From Phoronis australis (Eukaryota; Animalia; Phoronida), in assembly GCA_002633005.1 (NCBI GenBank), contig NMRA01000699.1:134037-198036 (forward strand): a stretch of 64,000 bases of DNA. Direction: 5' to 3'. This document shows, piece by piece, positions 28,565 to 42,094 of the stretch; the first letter of the stretch is position 1; every line of letters begins with the position of its first letter. The position numbers and the translations under genes are program-made. The notes beneath the pieces were generated by a model. The model was given only the letters and a program-made list of their open reading frames with translations, searched no databases and had not been told where the DNA came from.

Positions 28565-29860
28565 GGCGTTGCACCAGTCATGACAGACAAGCATGAGTGG
28601 ACTGCTCCACTGACAACTGCCAGCACGTTCAACTTGCATAGCAGGGAGTTACTAGAAGGTGATGATGAAGACAAATGAATTGAGAAGGGGTCATCTGACC
28701 ATGATGCATTCAAAAGAACCCAACATTGCTGAAGAATGCTTCGCCATCAACAGCAGGTACCTATTCTAGCTTTGGATAATGGCACATTACAGCATTCTGT
28801 AATGTTAACAGCAACAGAAAGTGTATTGTTTTTACCAAGGTATCAGCAGCCAATTGCCTTCTCACGTTAACATGGATTTGATTTTATGTTGTAGAACAAG
28901 AGATGTGTTGAGAATTTTCAACCTGCTGATTCTTATGTACTCTGGCAAGCGTTTTGCTACTCTCAAGGCCTTGTGTACCGGCTTACCAGAATTCTGCTAG
29001 CTATCATAGGGTCACAGCAGGCCAGTCCTGGAAGATGAAGCTGGCAATGCAAGGTAATTAATATAGCTGCGCCAAACATGCATTTTGGCTACTGATGTGG
29101 CCACGACTCAGTATTCAAACTAAATTGTAAGTGGCCATTAGCGGGGTACTGCTAAAATGAGTGATAATTTAGGACTCTGCTAGAAACAAAGGGGCAAACA
29201 CAAAGTTGAGATGAGAAGACGTGGGAAGGCCTTTTCTGCAATGAACAAGCCATGCCACGTCCTGTTATGTCCCTAAGGCTACATCAGTGCAGCTTATGAC
29301 AAAAAGACCACCTGCAATGCTTACAAGAAAGTTGAATTTGATTGTTCCTTGAATGGGAGATGATTTAAATAACCAAAAATTGTGACATATGAATTAAAAA
29401 TGTCCGAGTGTGCTCCACATGTCCTGTGTGGGTGTGCATTGTGTGTTTATTTTCATACATGCAATGTTTCATTGTCCATACCTATGTCGCATGATATCTC
29501 AAGAACAGTGCTGTAGTGGGGCGTAGGCGCACGTAGGCGCAGCCAACCACCTTTTGGCATTTGAAGATAGCGCTTACGCACCGTACAGTGTTCAAGGTGA
29601 TACGGTGGGCTTTTGGCACCTACTTACCACAAGTTTTACCACTTCAGCACTGCTCAAGAAGGAAGTTTTGTTTGTATTTTGTGCTGAAGTTTAGCTGACA
29701 GCCTTGACTTTGAATTCACGGTCAGATTTAGAAAATCAAGATTTTACTTGGAAAACATTTGCCCATGCAATTTTGTGTATTTACACAAAGGTGTAGGTGG
29801 CCTATCTCCAGTTGTTAGTCACATTTTGAAGGTCACAATATACAATTACATAGCCCTGAA
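28565..29860 (+). mobile_element. Kolobok-like transposase C-terminal exon remnants
   Basis: AG/GT-bounded pieces read MTDKHEW...EDK*IEKGSSDHDAFK and ENFNLLILMYSGKRFA...RPVLEDEAGNAR. These resemble the HEW / WLxxGSxAH / LESFHNxILMYAxKR motifs of THAP-Kolobok transposases. Frameshifted. Confidence 0.65.
29506..29652 (+). mobile_element. hAT MITE with 8-bp TSD
   Basis: TIR CAGTGCTG...CAGCACTG with a perfect TSD CTCAAGAA on both sides. Confidence 0.9.
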
Positions 29861-32464
29861 TGCCGCATCTAACCCAGCAACCAACCAAGGGGTTACGTGT
29901 TGCCTAAGGTCACTGTAGCATTTTCATTTCATTGACCTAATAGACCTGAAAATACATCAGTTATTTTTGTGTTCACTAAGGTTGAGAGAGGCTTTCATTA
30001 AGATTGGTTTCAAAATCATTACCATTTAAAATTATGAAAGCCTTTAAAACTGTCACATCCTGATAGACATAGCAGTGACACATCTTTGAACATTGGGTGG
30101 CCTTCTGTCCTGGGCGGCAGCCCTAAGGTGCAGGCCTTCATCTAGGTGGCATCTAGTGTGTCCAACTACACAACCCGACGTAAATTTAGACACATTAGGT
30201 AGGTTGCCCTGTATTTAGCTTTTGGACGCTCAAGTAAAGTGTACCATTTTTTAGCTAACAACAGCCCTGGAAGCTAACTGTCCTGGCCGAATAAGAAAGT
30301 TAAGACATGGTGTAAGATGGGATAGACTTTATTACAGACCACAGTAACATTCCAAACCATAACAGCGATTTGACTTAAGGTCATAGAAATAGTCAAGAGT
30401 CATTGGTCATGAATGCCTTCATTAATTAGAAAACTCATTTTGAAGCCCTATTCTTTAAATCGTTTATGAACCACCTGCTAAATGCTAATATGTGGTGGGG
30501 AACAATTCAGCCACCCTGTGACAAATTCTGTTATTTGTATTGTTTTCTCTTCTTGAAATGTGTGAAACTCTAATCACTTAATTAACTATATGTAGTATAT
30601 TTTTATATTTTGAATAACGAAAACATGTTATCCAGTGTTTGAAACAACTTCGAAAAAGTTTCTAAAACACTGAAAGAGGTGCATAATGTACTAATTGTTT
30701 GAAGAGTTTCATATGTTTCACACTCTTCACGTTTCAGGGTAAATCAATGCTGCTGCATTCATTTTCGTGTCTGGCAATGACATTGAAACAATTGTTATTC
30801 TTTCTAGGGGAGCAACTTATCTTCAACAAGAAGAGCAGGAGATGGTTGTCCATTCCGGTGAAGGCTTCTAAGAGCATGACGAGCTGATGATTGTGAAAAC
30901 CCGGTTAAAAGACATGTCAGACATGCACTGCTTCCATGAACATCAAAGCAAAATGACTCCCGCTTGTTCTCTGACAACATTGCCGTCTTCGAATGATTGC
31001 CATCAGTAGAAGTCAATTCGTCAAAGAAGCTGCCTGACAGAGGTTATTTAAGATGATATGGCGACTGCGTGTTATTCAGTCATGTGCCCTAGTTTGTTGC
31101 AGAGGATCATCTGGTACTAGTTTGGTTTATAGTCATGATACATCCAGTTATGCAGAAGTTAACATGTTCAGTCAGGCCATCGACCTTCAAACTCTGCCAT
31201 GGGCAGTTTGTGTAGTGTCAATTTGGAAACTGTGAAGGCTTGTAATTTTCCTCTTTTAAGAGGATTTACTCTCTTTTAGTTTCGATTTCCTCTTATTGTA
31301 TTTCCAATTTTCTCTTTATGTCTCTTTTTTTATCCTTATTTTGACTTCTATACCAAAAATCTCTATCAAAGACCCTAGTATTAATGTATAGAATGATAAT
31401 CACCTGTCATTGATCATTCCAAGCCCTGAACCTTAACTTTGTGCAAACAATTTCTTTATGGAGCGTTTGGTTTACAGAAACACTTTCTACATGGTGAGTA
31501 AGATACAACTGGTAATACTAGTTTAACTTGTATTACCATTGGATAGTTTCCTTGATTCTTAACTATTTTCTCAGCCAAATGTGTAGTCAGTGGTTTGTCT
31601 TCAGGTGGGTCATAGAGAGGCGTATATTTGTATACAACGGTCACCATACAGCTTCTGTGCTACGTAAAATTATGTTTTAGTGATGTTTTACTGCTTAGGC
31701 AATTCACATTCATATTAAAACCTGCGTTTAGAAATCTTGAATTTGAGGGTGATGGTGTTGAACATTACGATATATATTTTGAATGGCTATGCTGTTGGGT
31801 TAGAGGTTGTGCTTGTAAGTAAGGTGTGTTACATGAGTAGCAGATTACTCGCGATTGGTCATTGCAAAAGATATGGAACTTTAAATCATGGCCAAACAAC
31901 CAGGAGACTATGTCTATTGAAAGGATATCTTGTTTTGTTAATTTTGTCCAATCATCTTTGTGTCACCTGCTAATGCATCATTGGCGTTAATCAGGAAAGA
32001 CAAAAGCAGGAATCAACTAAAAACTCATACCAATATCTCACAAATTAGACATTATGCTCCTTGGTCGGTGGCCTTTCCCACAGTTCTATGGAATTTGCTA
32101 AAAGCGTACGTCATGCTTTTACTGTTTAGCAGACTTTGAATTTTTTTTTGAAATTTTCCTCCAAGTTTTGAGGGTTTTCGATGGTTACGCATTAAATTGT
32201 TGCAGAGAACTAGGTGGGAAGTCGATTTTAGTACATTACATTATTTTGAAAAGTTAATCCATTACTGGTTTTTCGAAATTGGGGCCGTTGCCCTACATGA
32301 CGGTAACTAATTTAAGAATGCTCTAGGTTCTTGTTGCAAATCAAAGTCCAAATGGACTTTTAATACTAGACTAAGAAATAAAAAGTTCACTCTGACAGTT
32401 GTGCTTTCATCTCACAAAGTAACAATTGTGCACAAGCAGGTTTCAGTGCTCAGCTACAATTTTT

Positions 32465-32694
32465 GTGTAGCCTGTATGTCCCAATACTGTGTGAATATGT
32501 TTGTCCAAACACAACTGTGCAACTCTGTTCACATGTCTCCCAAGATGTCCATGTTGCCCCAAGATATGTAAAGTTTTTGTATGCCTGATGTCAGTTAGAT
32601 GCATTCTGATAAGTCTCTGGCTTCAGTGTCATCACATTTCGTTGTAGCTTGTCTAAGGCAAGTACAACTTCTCCAGGCAAAACACTTGGAAATC
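32465..32694 (-). mobile_element. KolX / P2X7-intracellular-domain-like remnant (Kolobok accessory gene)
   Basis: After an acceptor TTTCAG, frame-broken peptides read DFQVFCLEK...RHQAYKNF...QHGHLGRHVNRV...SCV...TGY. This resembles the RHxAYRxFxxWxHGxLGxxxRxVIPSCxV...YTGF motif. It converges on the transposase remnant. Confidence 0.6.
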
Positions 32695-34098
32695 CTGAAA
32701 GCATTGGTGAAATATATTACCGTGCGGTTTCGCATTACTGTAGATTTGATGAGGAACATTTGTCTCTTGTAAATGAATTATATACAACAGCAACTGGTTG
32801 ACTGGGGTTGACATCCTATATTGAACAATCAAAACGTATAGAATTATTTTTATTATTGCAGACTGAACTCACCAATACTTTTGTAAATTGACATTTGGTT
32901 GGTTTTGGATGGGATTTGCTACTGAGATTTGATTTGAGTTCTTGGCCAAAGATTTGTTTTTCTTCAAAAAGTGATTTGAATTGTGTGGCTGTATATCTGT
33001 TTAAACCAATTGAAGACTCAAAACTAAAGTAGCTATAGGAGTCTTTGAGGTCCTGGTGACATTAATATGAATCATCTTAAAAATGAAAAAGAGCAGACCA
33101 AAAAAGTACTAAACAATTTTGTAAAATGTTTCCCACTGATATATGTAGTCTGTAGTNTTCTCGCATTCAATCGTAAACCACACTTGCCCAAGACAAAATG
33201 TTGCCCCCCCCTTATGGTATCCTCGATCCGCCAATGTAATTTAGAGATGCAGCCAAGGAATCGTTTCTACCCCATGCACTAGGTCCAATTACTCTATAAT
33301 TGCAAACCCATGCAGTCCCGGGGCCTGGAAATTGAACATCACGGTGTCACACAGGAAACTTATTTTTCGCGGTAAGCAACTGATATCGTGCACTTCCGAG
33401 TTGTGCATAATCTCCCAGAAGAGGAAACGTTTACAACCAAGCTCGACGAAGTCATGAATCACTAAGACTCGATTGCAGGTTTAAAGTTGAACACAGCTCA
33501 CGAGGCTGTAGCCTGCATATTATGTAATATAGACAAGTACACGGATACGTCGACTTCGAATGACTCGGGACAGCGACAGAAATAGTTGAGAGAACCGAGG
33601 TTCAGAACAAATTAATCTTGTTGTTTACGAATGAGAATCAAGCTGTGATTTCCAAATGTTTGTACATTCTGATTTCTTGTTTAGCTGGCAAGAAGTCCCA
33701 AAACACCTAACTCACCTCGACCGCTTGTGCTCGACATGTTTCTCTTCCGTCAGCTGATTCGTGTGCATTATGGGTAATCTCTCCACTGGCAACCCGCATA
33801 AATAATGAGGTTTGGCTGAAGGTCCGCCCATTTTTTATGAATTTAAAAAAATTAATAGTAAAATAACGAGAGTATGTACATGGCTGTAATTTAGGAAAAG
33901 ATTTGATTTTAGTGATATCTTTCGATTGGCAAAGCTCAATTTGTGATCTAAGCAGGCGAAAGTAAAGGAAATAGTGACTTTAAAACCTAAAAGGAGGCTG
34001 CCTGAATAAGGTGTATAACTAGTATGTATTATTTCATTATAGGTTCATAAGAAATTTTAATTTGTGGAATATATAATTTAAAATAATGAAACATTCAA

Positions 34099-34140
34099 CA
34101 TGGGCGGTGCACCACTTTTATCAGTGCTGCACCGCACATA
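34099..34140. mobile_element. Minimal 42-bp hAT-type element (TIR pair only)
   Basis: CATGGGCGGTGCAC...GTGCTGCACCGCACATA with flanks TTCAA/TTCAG. Same termini as 48311-48456. Confidence 0.55.
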
Positions 34141-34509
34141 TTCAGTAAAATTAAAAGTTCATCGGAAACTTATAGAAATAATCCATCCGGGATATAAAAA
34201 TTGAAACTATAACTGAGCGGTTGTCGTCTCCAGTGTGTCGTTTTAGTTTCTGTAAATTTCTTAGTTGTATTGATCTATTTTCGTGTCTTAGCTTTTGGAA
34301 TCGAAATTTTAATAGAATTGTTTCCACCGTGTTGGTCACAGCACTGGAAAATAATAGTAGAAACTGTGCTGGTTAGCAGAACGTGAGGTAAGAACTGTAA
34401 TGCCCGATATAAGGTCGCAATTTCCTGTACACATCTTAGTAATCGGTGTAGATATAATGTATGCATCCATTATGGAAGAGAACCAAGCAGAAATGTCCGT
34501 GCTCTGAAG

Positions 34510-34672
34510 CAGTGCTGTAGTGGGGCGTAGGCGCACGTACTGTAGGCGCAGCCAACCACCTTTTGGCATTTGAACGTAGCGCCTACGCACCGCAAGGTAC
34601 GTTCAGTGCTCAAGATGATACGGTGGGTTTTTTTGGAGCCTAGTTAACTCTAATTTTACCACTGCAGCATTG
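34510..34672 (+). mobile_element. hAT MITE with 8-bp TSD (second copy of 29506-29652)
   Basis: Same sequence family, with a perfect TSD CTCTGAAG on both sides. Confidence 0.9.
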
Positions 34673-37600
34673 CTCTGAAGGTGACATTGAAACTTTTGGT
34701 TTCTCGAGAAATCTTGTTCCTTCTCCGGCGCGGCTACGCTTAAAATAAGTATGAAGTCTTACATACTGACATAATAACACACCAAACCAAACGACCATTT
34801 GACACCGCTGCAACGAAAAAGTGCAATTGCATGTTTTCAAGTGACGTAGTATTTTCATGCAACTGGAAATAATTTGCGAACCACACAAAAAGAAGTACTT
34901 AGAAGTACGTATTTGTTTATAAACTAGTCTGAAGTGGACAAATTTGAGCTTTTGAAATGTGTTATGTAATGGTTTAATTATTATTAGGTGACTGAGTAAG
35001 CCTATTGAGGCTGGGGGGTGTGGTGAATGTTCTGTCTTTGAGAATGTATTTACTGGCACCCTTATGTCAATATCATAAATAAATAATAATAAAAACAGCG
35101 ATTTTGAACTCGTACCGTGACGGCTATAAAACTCCCATTCCATCACAAAACCAAACTTTTGATTTAGAACGCTCATCATCATGAGTTTGGTCTATAATTG
35201 TTCCTTAGTGGAATTGAGGACAATTTCGGGGCTTTGCACGAAACGACAGTTCGTTAATGCCCGAGATCCGGCTATACAACGCATGAATAACTACAGTACA
35301 TTCGTGGTGTGCAAGACTTTGTAGGTCTGGCCTGCATGCAGTTGAACGGAGCTTCAGGACATTCAAGGGAAAGAGTCACATATGTTGGCATTCAGATACT
35401 TGCTCGCAGCACCGAGCCTGATAGACACTCATTTCTGGAACACCTGTCACTTTTGACACCTTGCAATCAAATATTCATCAACTTCTTAATTACAATATGT
35501 TGACTATACTCTAGTGCCAAGCGCTAATAGTTCTCTAGCCTTGGTTTAAAGCTGTGTACTAAATATACATCTCTGTGCCGATGTGGGTAAACAACTGGCA
35601 AAATAATATGTGACAAAATGGGGCTATTCGGAGAATTCTCCTCGCGGTGTCGCTGCTGTACTAGTGGTAATTGAATTGCGCATGCGTGGCTGTCTGTATG
35701 TAAACAACCAGTAAAAGATGGAATTTTTATCAAAATACGTCGTCGCGCTCATCCTTATTACTGCTAATTTCCCTTTTGCAAGTCTTCGACAGGTGGCCAC
35801 AAATTCCCAAAAGACCTAAGATTACTATATTCGTGGACAATTGCGATCAACAGGGTCAACTAACTGACAAAAAGTGTGTGGATGCTGAAGCCCCGTGTGT
35901 TCTATGACTATGCAGTTCCATTCGGAGACTACACAACATTACTTGGTAAGTTTTTAGCAATCAGTTTCTATCAACATCGTTCGGTGATGTTATCCCCACC
36001 AGTTACCCCACTGAATAACAGTTTTATTGAGTGGAACTAGGTATTTCTTTTTGGAAACTCACCCGATGCCGGGTAGGCTAGCAGCACATATTCATATTGT
36101 CCTGGGTGGGAGTGCTCCCAAAATAAGAGGTGTATGGTACGTGATGCACAGAAGTCAAGAGTGACTTTTTCACAGCAGTTTCTCTTCAAAACTATGCTGT
36201 TTCCAATAAAATTCTCTAGATGAGTGAGTTTCCTTATTTTATCGTGGACCCCACCCCCAGGACCACCAGCTCAGTTATCGAATTAACATGAATAAGCCTT
36301 AATTCAGTAAATGTCGTAACATTGCATTGGAAAAAAATTGACACCTAGAATGAATTTTACTTGTTGAGATCAGAAGCACATTTTAAGTGTCATGAAAAAT
36401 ACACATTGTTAAATCACTTTTAGCCTGTTTCACATATTTTAATTCAGATATTAAATAAGACTTGGGTACAAAGGTTATTAGTTTCTACACATAAACATGA
36501 AGATGAAATGTCAAGTATGTTCTGCCTTACAAAAGTAGTTTTGTCTTGTCTTTTCTTTTACAATTTTCTAATATTTCTATTCTGTTACAGGCAAGAAAAA
36601 ACAACTGAAACCAACCGCCTGACCATCTATTTCACCGTTGGACAAAGTGAAAAGCAATCCTTCAGCAATAACCTGAGAGAATTGAACGTAATTCAGAAAT
36701 TCAGCACCTGATATGCCTGATTATGGACTCCCTCGCAATGTTGTTTCTTTCTGTGCTTTTTCAGTTTGCCATTTGTTTTTAAATACACTGATAATTGTTT
36801 ATTCTCGAATCTTGTGCATAGCAGATTCTTATCCAGCTAGCTACAATTGAAAACATACAATAAGACAATCGATGCAGTCACTGAATGTCATTTCCCCATA
36901 ATCTGTACCAAATTGAAAAGTTTTTACCAATAGTATAAAGCCTTTCTTCTGAAAGGAAAATTTAATGTCACTCAGCTTTTGGCTTTCATTTCACTGGGTT
37001 CTAGTTTAAATGGCCTATAGCAGCGCTTGTAAAAAAGGTCCAGTTTCAACACGTGGCTTTCTTTCATGTAACCTCATTCAGCCTCAGTAACATCCACAAT
37101 TAGACCCTTGAAGGTAAACACAGCAGCATATCACTTGAATCGTTTTGAGCCCAAAATCAGACTCTGAACTAGACCAGAGTGTGACTAGGTCTTCTTTAGC
37201 GTCAGTCCCTCATGTTTCTTCCAGGAAAGGAAATAAGCTATTGTCAACACAGGACTCATTGCCTATTAAAGGGCATCCTCACCAACAAGGCTTATTTGTG
37301 TAGCAGTCAGATATAGTTCGTCTGGATACACAGACACTCCACTGGCAAATTGTCTTATGGTAACTTAGTACTGCGATTCACATTTCTCCAGGGCCACTGA
37401 CTTGCCCATTGTGCCATGCAGCACTGCTGGTGTGTGGAAGTGCTATGGGAAGAGAACGGAGTAACAAAGCTTGTTTATGATACAGCTTGAAGTGGCCTTA
37501 AAATGTCACTGAACCTGGAACAAATATTGAAATATGAATAATTAAGTACTCCAGATTGGATCAAAAATGTTATTCGTGTTTTTCAAAAATATATGGTGAT

Positions 37601-40156
37601 TGGTCTACAGTTTCATATAAAAGTAAATAATTAATATTTTCAGAAACCAAGGGTGTACATAATGAGTAGTGCATAAAACTGTGTCTTTATTTTTTATCCC
37701 TAGCCATAACAATTCTTTAAACCCATCACTTGTCTGTAAAATATACAATTTTTGAGACAACTTCAAACCTTTGTTACCCATTTTCAAGCCTTTTTAATTT
37801 TGATACTTTCAGCAATTTTAAACTCAGATTACAGGTTCATGGGTTTGTCAAGCATACTTCTAGCCTAAGGTTGAGGGAACCGTTTTTCTTCTAATAGAAG
37901 ATATGAAGACTTGGGTCATTTAAAAATGATGGATAATCTTTCTGTTGTTTAAGAGTAATTACAAATCGTTAGGCACCATCAAAAATGCAATTTTCACAAA
38001 AATGGCAGTCATTTGAATTTATAACGACTTGCAACATTTCAAGGCATGAGCTAATACTGTTCAGTCACTGTGAATTCGGTAAATGTAATATATTTTCGTG
38101 GTTTTACAATTGATACAAGTAGCAAAACAGTTTCATGAAATCAACTTGAAGGGACTTCGTGAAGGTTAAGAATTACCTCACCATGCTCTTTTCCCCAAAC
38201 ATGTATTACCTGTTATTTCCACACATTCAGTTGTACCAAATATTACAACCCCCATGCCAATCCCCCCCGGTACCTGAATAAGTAATTTAACAAAATGACT
38301 TTAAAAATAGCTGTTAATTTTCAAAGGCTTTGTTCGTTGTCTCCAATATTGAAAGTAGGCTTTGACAACAGATCTGCACTGGATGAGAAGATCTTGTTGG
38401 TTAGCTGCAGTCAAATGCTAAAAACCAATTTTTGTCCATTCAGGACGGTGCAGAAGCGATGCATATGTCCTCTGCACGGTACAAGCCTTCAAACCTAAAA
38501 ACCAAAGGTTACGTGAAAACTGACGTGATAGATTTCCATTTCAACGTGTAATAGATTTCCAGAAGACATATGATAGGGAGTAAATAAATAGTCTAATGCA
38601 ATGGATATTTATCACTCACGTACCCTTTGCCATTGGGATTGGATTGTAATCTTAACTCATTAACCTGTATCGAGTTGACAGCATAAACATTCAGCATTGA
38701 TTGATGTAACTGTCACTGATAAACTTTTAGAAGTCATTCCAAACAATAATAATGCTTTGATGTACGAAAAGATCCCGATTGCTACGTCAAGTATCGTATC
38801 ACATATCACAACATACAAAGATTAACCAGACTGACTGCCGCGAAGTCGACATCGGCGAGTGCCTCAGTTAACAGGCATCGGTAGAATAATCATGGAATAA
38901 TCCTTAAAATAATCACAAACCTTAGCTTTGTATGAGTTCGTGCTTACTTCCTCTCATAGAAGCACCCTTTTTACGCAATCTCAGATTCAGTTGGCACGGC
39001 TGCAAGCCATTTCACCATTTATTTAAAGGGCTTGCGAAATCGAGGCTGTTAATCTATCACCACTAGTACACGCACGCCCTCTAGTTATTGTAGATTTTCC
39101 GAATAGCCCCATTAGAGTTATTTAAAAAAAATACACTCTTCCTTGAGTCAATTAAATTGTTTGCCGGTGTTGGAAAAACTGGTGTTCTACCGTTATTCTA
39201 GTTATGACTCATAGGGAAATTCAAGCGCCTTTGTAACGGAGCTCAACACACACAGTGGTAACTACATGTAGTTGGTAACTAACCAACCCTTAAGAAGTAA
39301 AAGACTTGGAAGTCCGCGCAGTGAAAATGTACAATCAAATGCATATATACACTGTATCACACCGGAATTGCACGTCAAATATTAACCTGCACACGTCAAC
39401 ATTGAAATCGCGTGAACTCATTTATATCCAGAATTAATACGGCACGAAAATCAATCTATTAAAAAGAACTCATTTACTCGAAGATTCGAGATTTTTGTTT
39501 TTCGCTGGTCACTCAGTCATTTGCTTTTATAACCTACATGTACCGGTGAAGTCGTGGACTAAAGCAATCACCGGATTCATCGGCTGTCATTCGGGTCACT
39601 ACATGACACCATTAAATGTAGGTAAAAACTAAGGTAAGAAGATGGCAGATTATTTGATTCGTTGTTATTAGAAGTAGGTAAAAAGAGGCAAAATATAATC
39701 GGTAAGACCGGAAATATTCAGCTATTAGAGAGTTGATAGTGATACACAGTGCATACGGGGTCAAGTGGTGTTGCTTACTACGACCGCTTGCAAAGTTTTA
39801 GCATCTTTATCAATTTTCTCTTAGGTGACAGCAATCAAAAGTCCAGAATGTTTTATGAGTCCAGTAAGTTCCAGCAGAAAATTAATGCTTCGGAATACAA
39901 AGGGAAGTACAAATTAACACTGGACAACCCTCAAAAGTTTGGGGAGATAAAAGTTGTCCGTATTCAACGCACTTTGAATATTGAAAATGCGCACTGGATT
40001 CACAATAAATACGGAAAAGTAATTCTTCCATATCACACAATTCAATACGACACGTACAGTATTTTAGGGCCATAGTACTGTATCACGCGTTTGGGATAGA
40101 TGTAGATCATTATATGGCGAAGTTATCCCCCGTAATCTAGATTACGGGGAATAACG

Positions 40157-40227
40157 AATTCGCCATGTATAATCTCTATATATAACGTAGCGAATTCGCC
40201 ATAAATAATCTCTATATATAACGTAAC
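40157..40227 (+). repeat. 36-bp tandem duplication
   Basis: GAATTCGCCAT..ATAATCTCTATATATAACGTA occurs twice in tandem. Confidence 0.8.
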
Positions 40228-42094
40228 TGATGATAACTGTGGGTTATAATATCGAGATATGCAAAAGCACGTTTGCATATCACGCATACCCAAAAGTGTT
40301 CTCGGGTGCGCATTCGCCAAACCTGTCAGAGGTACATGTAAGTCAGGCGGCGATTATGTGTCGCTATAGCAGAAGACAAAATAAATCTTTAATAATGTTC
40401 CTTGAATTAATCAAAAAATCATAATCAATAGCCTGCTTTAATTATTAACTGTTTATTCACTTAAAAATTGCAAACAACGGCACAGCGTAACTGTGTTTTC
40501 GTGTTGTAGGCATTTTGTTTACCCTAGCAATATATAGAGTCAATTTTTATCAAAGTACATGTATGGAGTCAGCGTCTATTGACATACTTTTTGAGTTTTT
40601 CTTTCGTTTTTACTATCGTTTTGCATTTGTTTAGAACACCAGCACAGAATAGTGGGAAGTTGTGCAAGCTGTAAATATTCCTGTCCTTCTACCACTGCAG
40701 TAGCTAATGAAGGGTAATTATTAGTGAATCTGTTCAGATTTTAACGGATAACAACGGTAGTTATCAGGAAAAGTAGTTCTTTCATGTCATACCGTTTGAT
40801 AACTCTTTTATCACGCGCCGGAATCAAAACGTATGAGGGATAAAGTTCATACACTGTATATTTAGTCACTTAAAAGCACCTCAAAGTGCATGTGAAAGTC
40901 AGTGAGTTCTTGATTATTTCTTGTCTCTTTTCACCTGTCACTGAATGTACACTATCGAGTATCTTAGTGGAATAAATATAAGCATGATTTAATAAAATTG
41001 CACTTGTCACCAAGTTAAAACATTATACACAAGCGTGACTTGGGTGATGGGGTGTCGATCGTGAGTACTCTTTCGTGAGGTTGATCTTGGGTCAAGTTGA
41101 GGTCAAATGAATTTTTTATAACGTTCGTAAGTGTTTAACCTCATTGCCGATTTTGTTGTGAATGACGTCACTTATAAGTCCAAAGAAATATGATTTATTA
41201 CATGGTAGAAGCTTTGTAGAATATCGAAATGATATAAAGTGTGCCGTTCGTGGGTAAAGAGCTTACACAGTTCACAGTTGTCTTGCCAGTGATCGGTGTT
41301 CACACGACATGCAATATTTTTCTTAACGACCTACCTGAAAGTATTTACCCACATCCCGACGTTTATTTATTGTTTGCGTTCCTGCTGCTCTTTTGAGAAT
41401 TAGAAAAAGGTAACCCTGTTCGGGTAGTACCTCACATCATTTGTACACAACAACGCGACTTGGCTGTTTTGTATGACGAATTTGCCTCGTTTTCACCGTT
41501 ACCTGGGTAACGTGTGAATAAGGTGTATTGTTTTGTTTACCTCAAAGGTCAGAAGTCACATTTTCCACATAAGGGGAGAGTGCTACGTTTCTGTCTTGCA
41601 ACATCAAATACGGGGACGTGCTTCGCCTTGCGGAAGAACTATTGAGGAAGTGGCGAGCAGTTGACAGATCTTTTTTCTTGAAAGTTAAATCCAAAAAAAA
41701 TGCTTTGACATCAACAGAAATTGAAAATCTTCAAGAACAAACCGCAAAAAATACCTGGTGAACAGTTTGCCTTCTCTTCCAGTGGTAGAGAACCACTTTG
41801 AATCCTGTAATTTAAACTGTTTTTTACGTCTATGCCACTTTAAAAGGCCGCATTCACAGTATGTTTTGGACAGACGAAATCACATAGAGGTCCTTAAAGT
41901 AACAATGAACGCCGATCTCGATAAAGCTGGGTCTGCAAATGGTTAGTCGGCAACCACTTGGCAGGAAAGGTTTGCAGTGCGGTAGGCAGGCACGGTGGTC
42001 TGCTAAAATAAAAAAGATCAATCGCTCATTCCGACCGATTGACAATCGGTCGCCGAGTCGTTTCTAACCCGTCAGACAACAACTTCGTACACAG

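Noticed and set aside
34640-35182. 180-aa minus-strand ORF
   Set aside because: No recognisable domain, it runs into a MITE, and its composition is typical of random AT-rich sequence.
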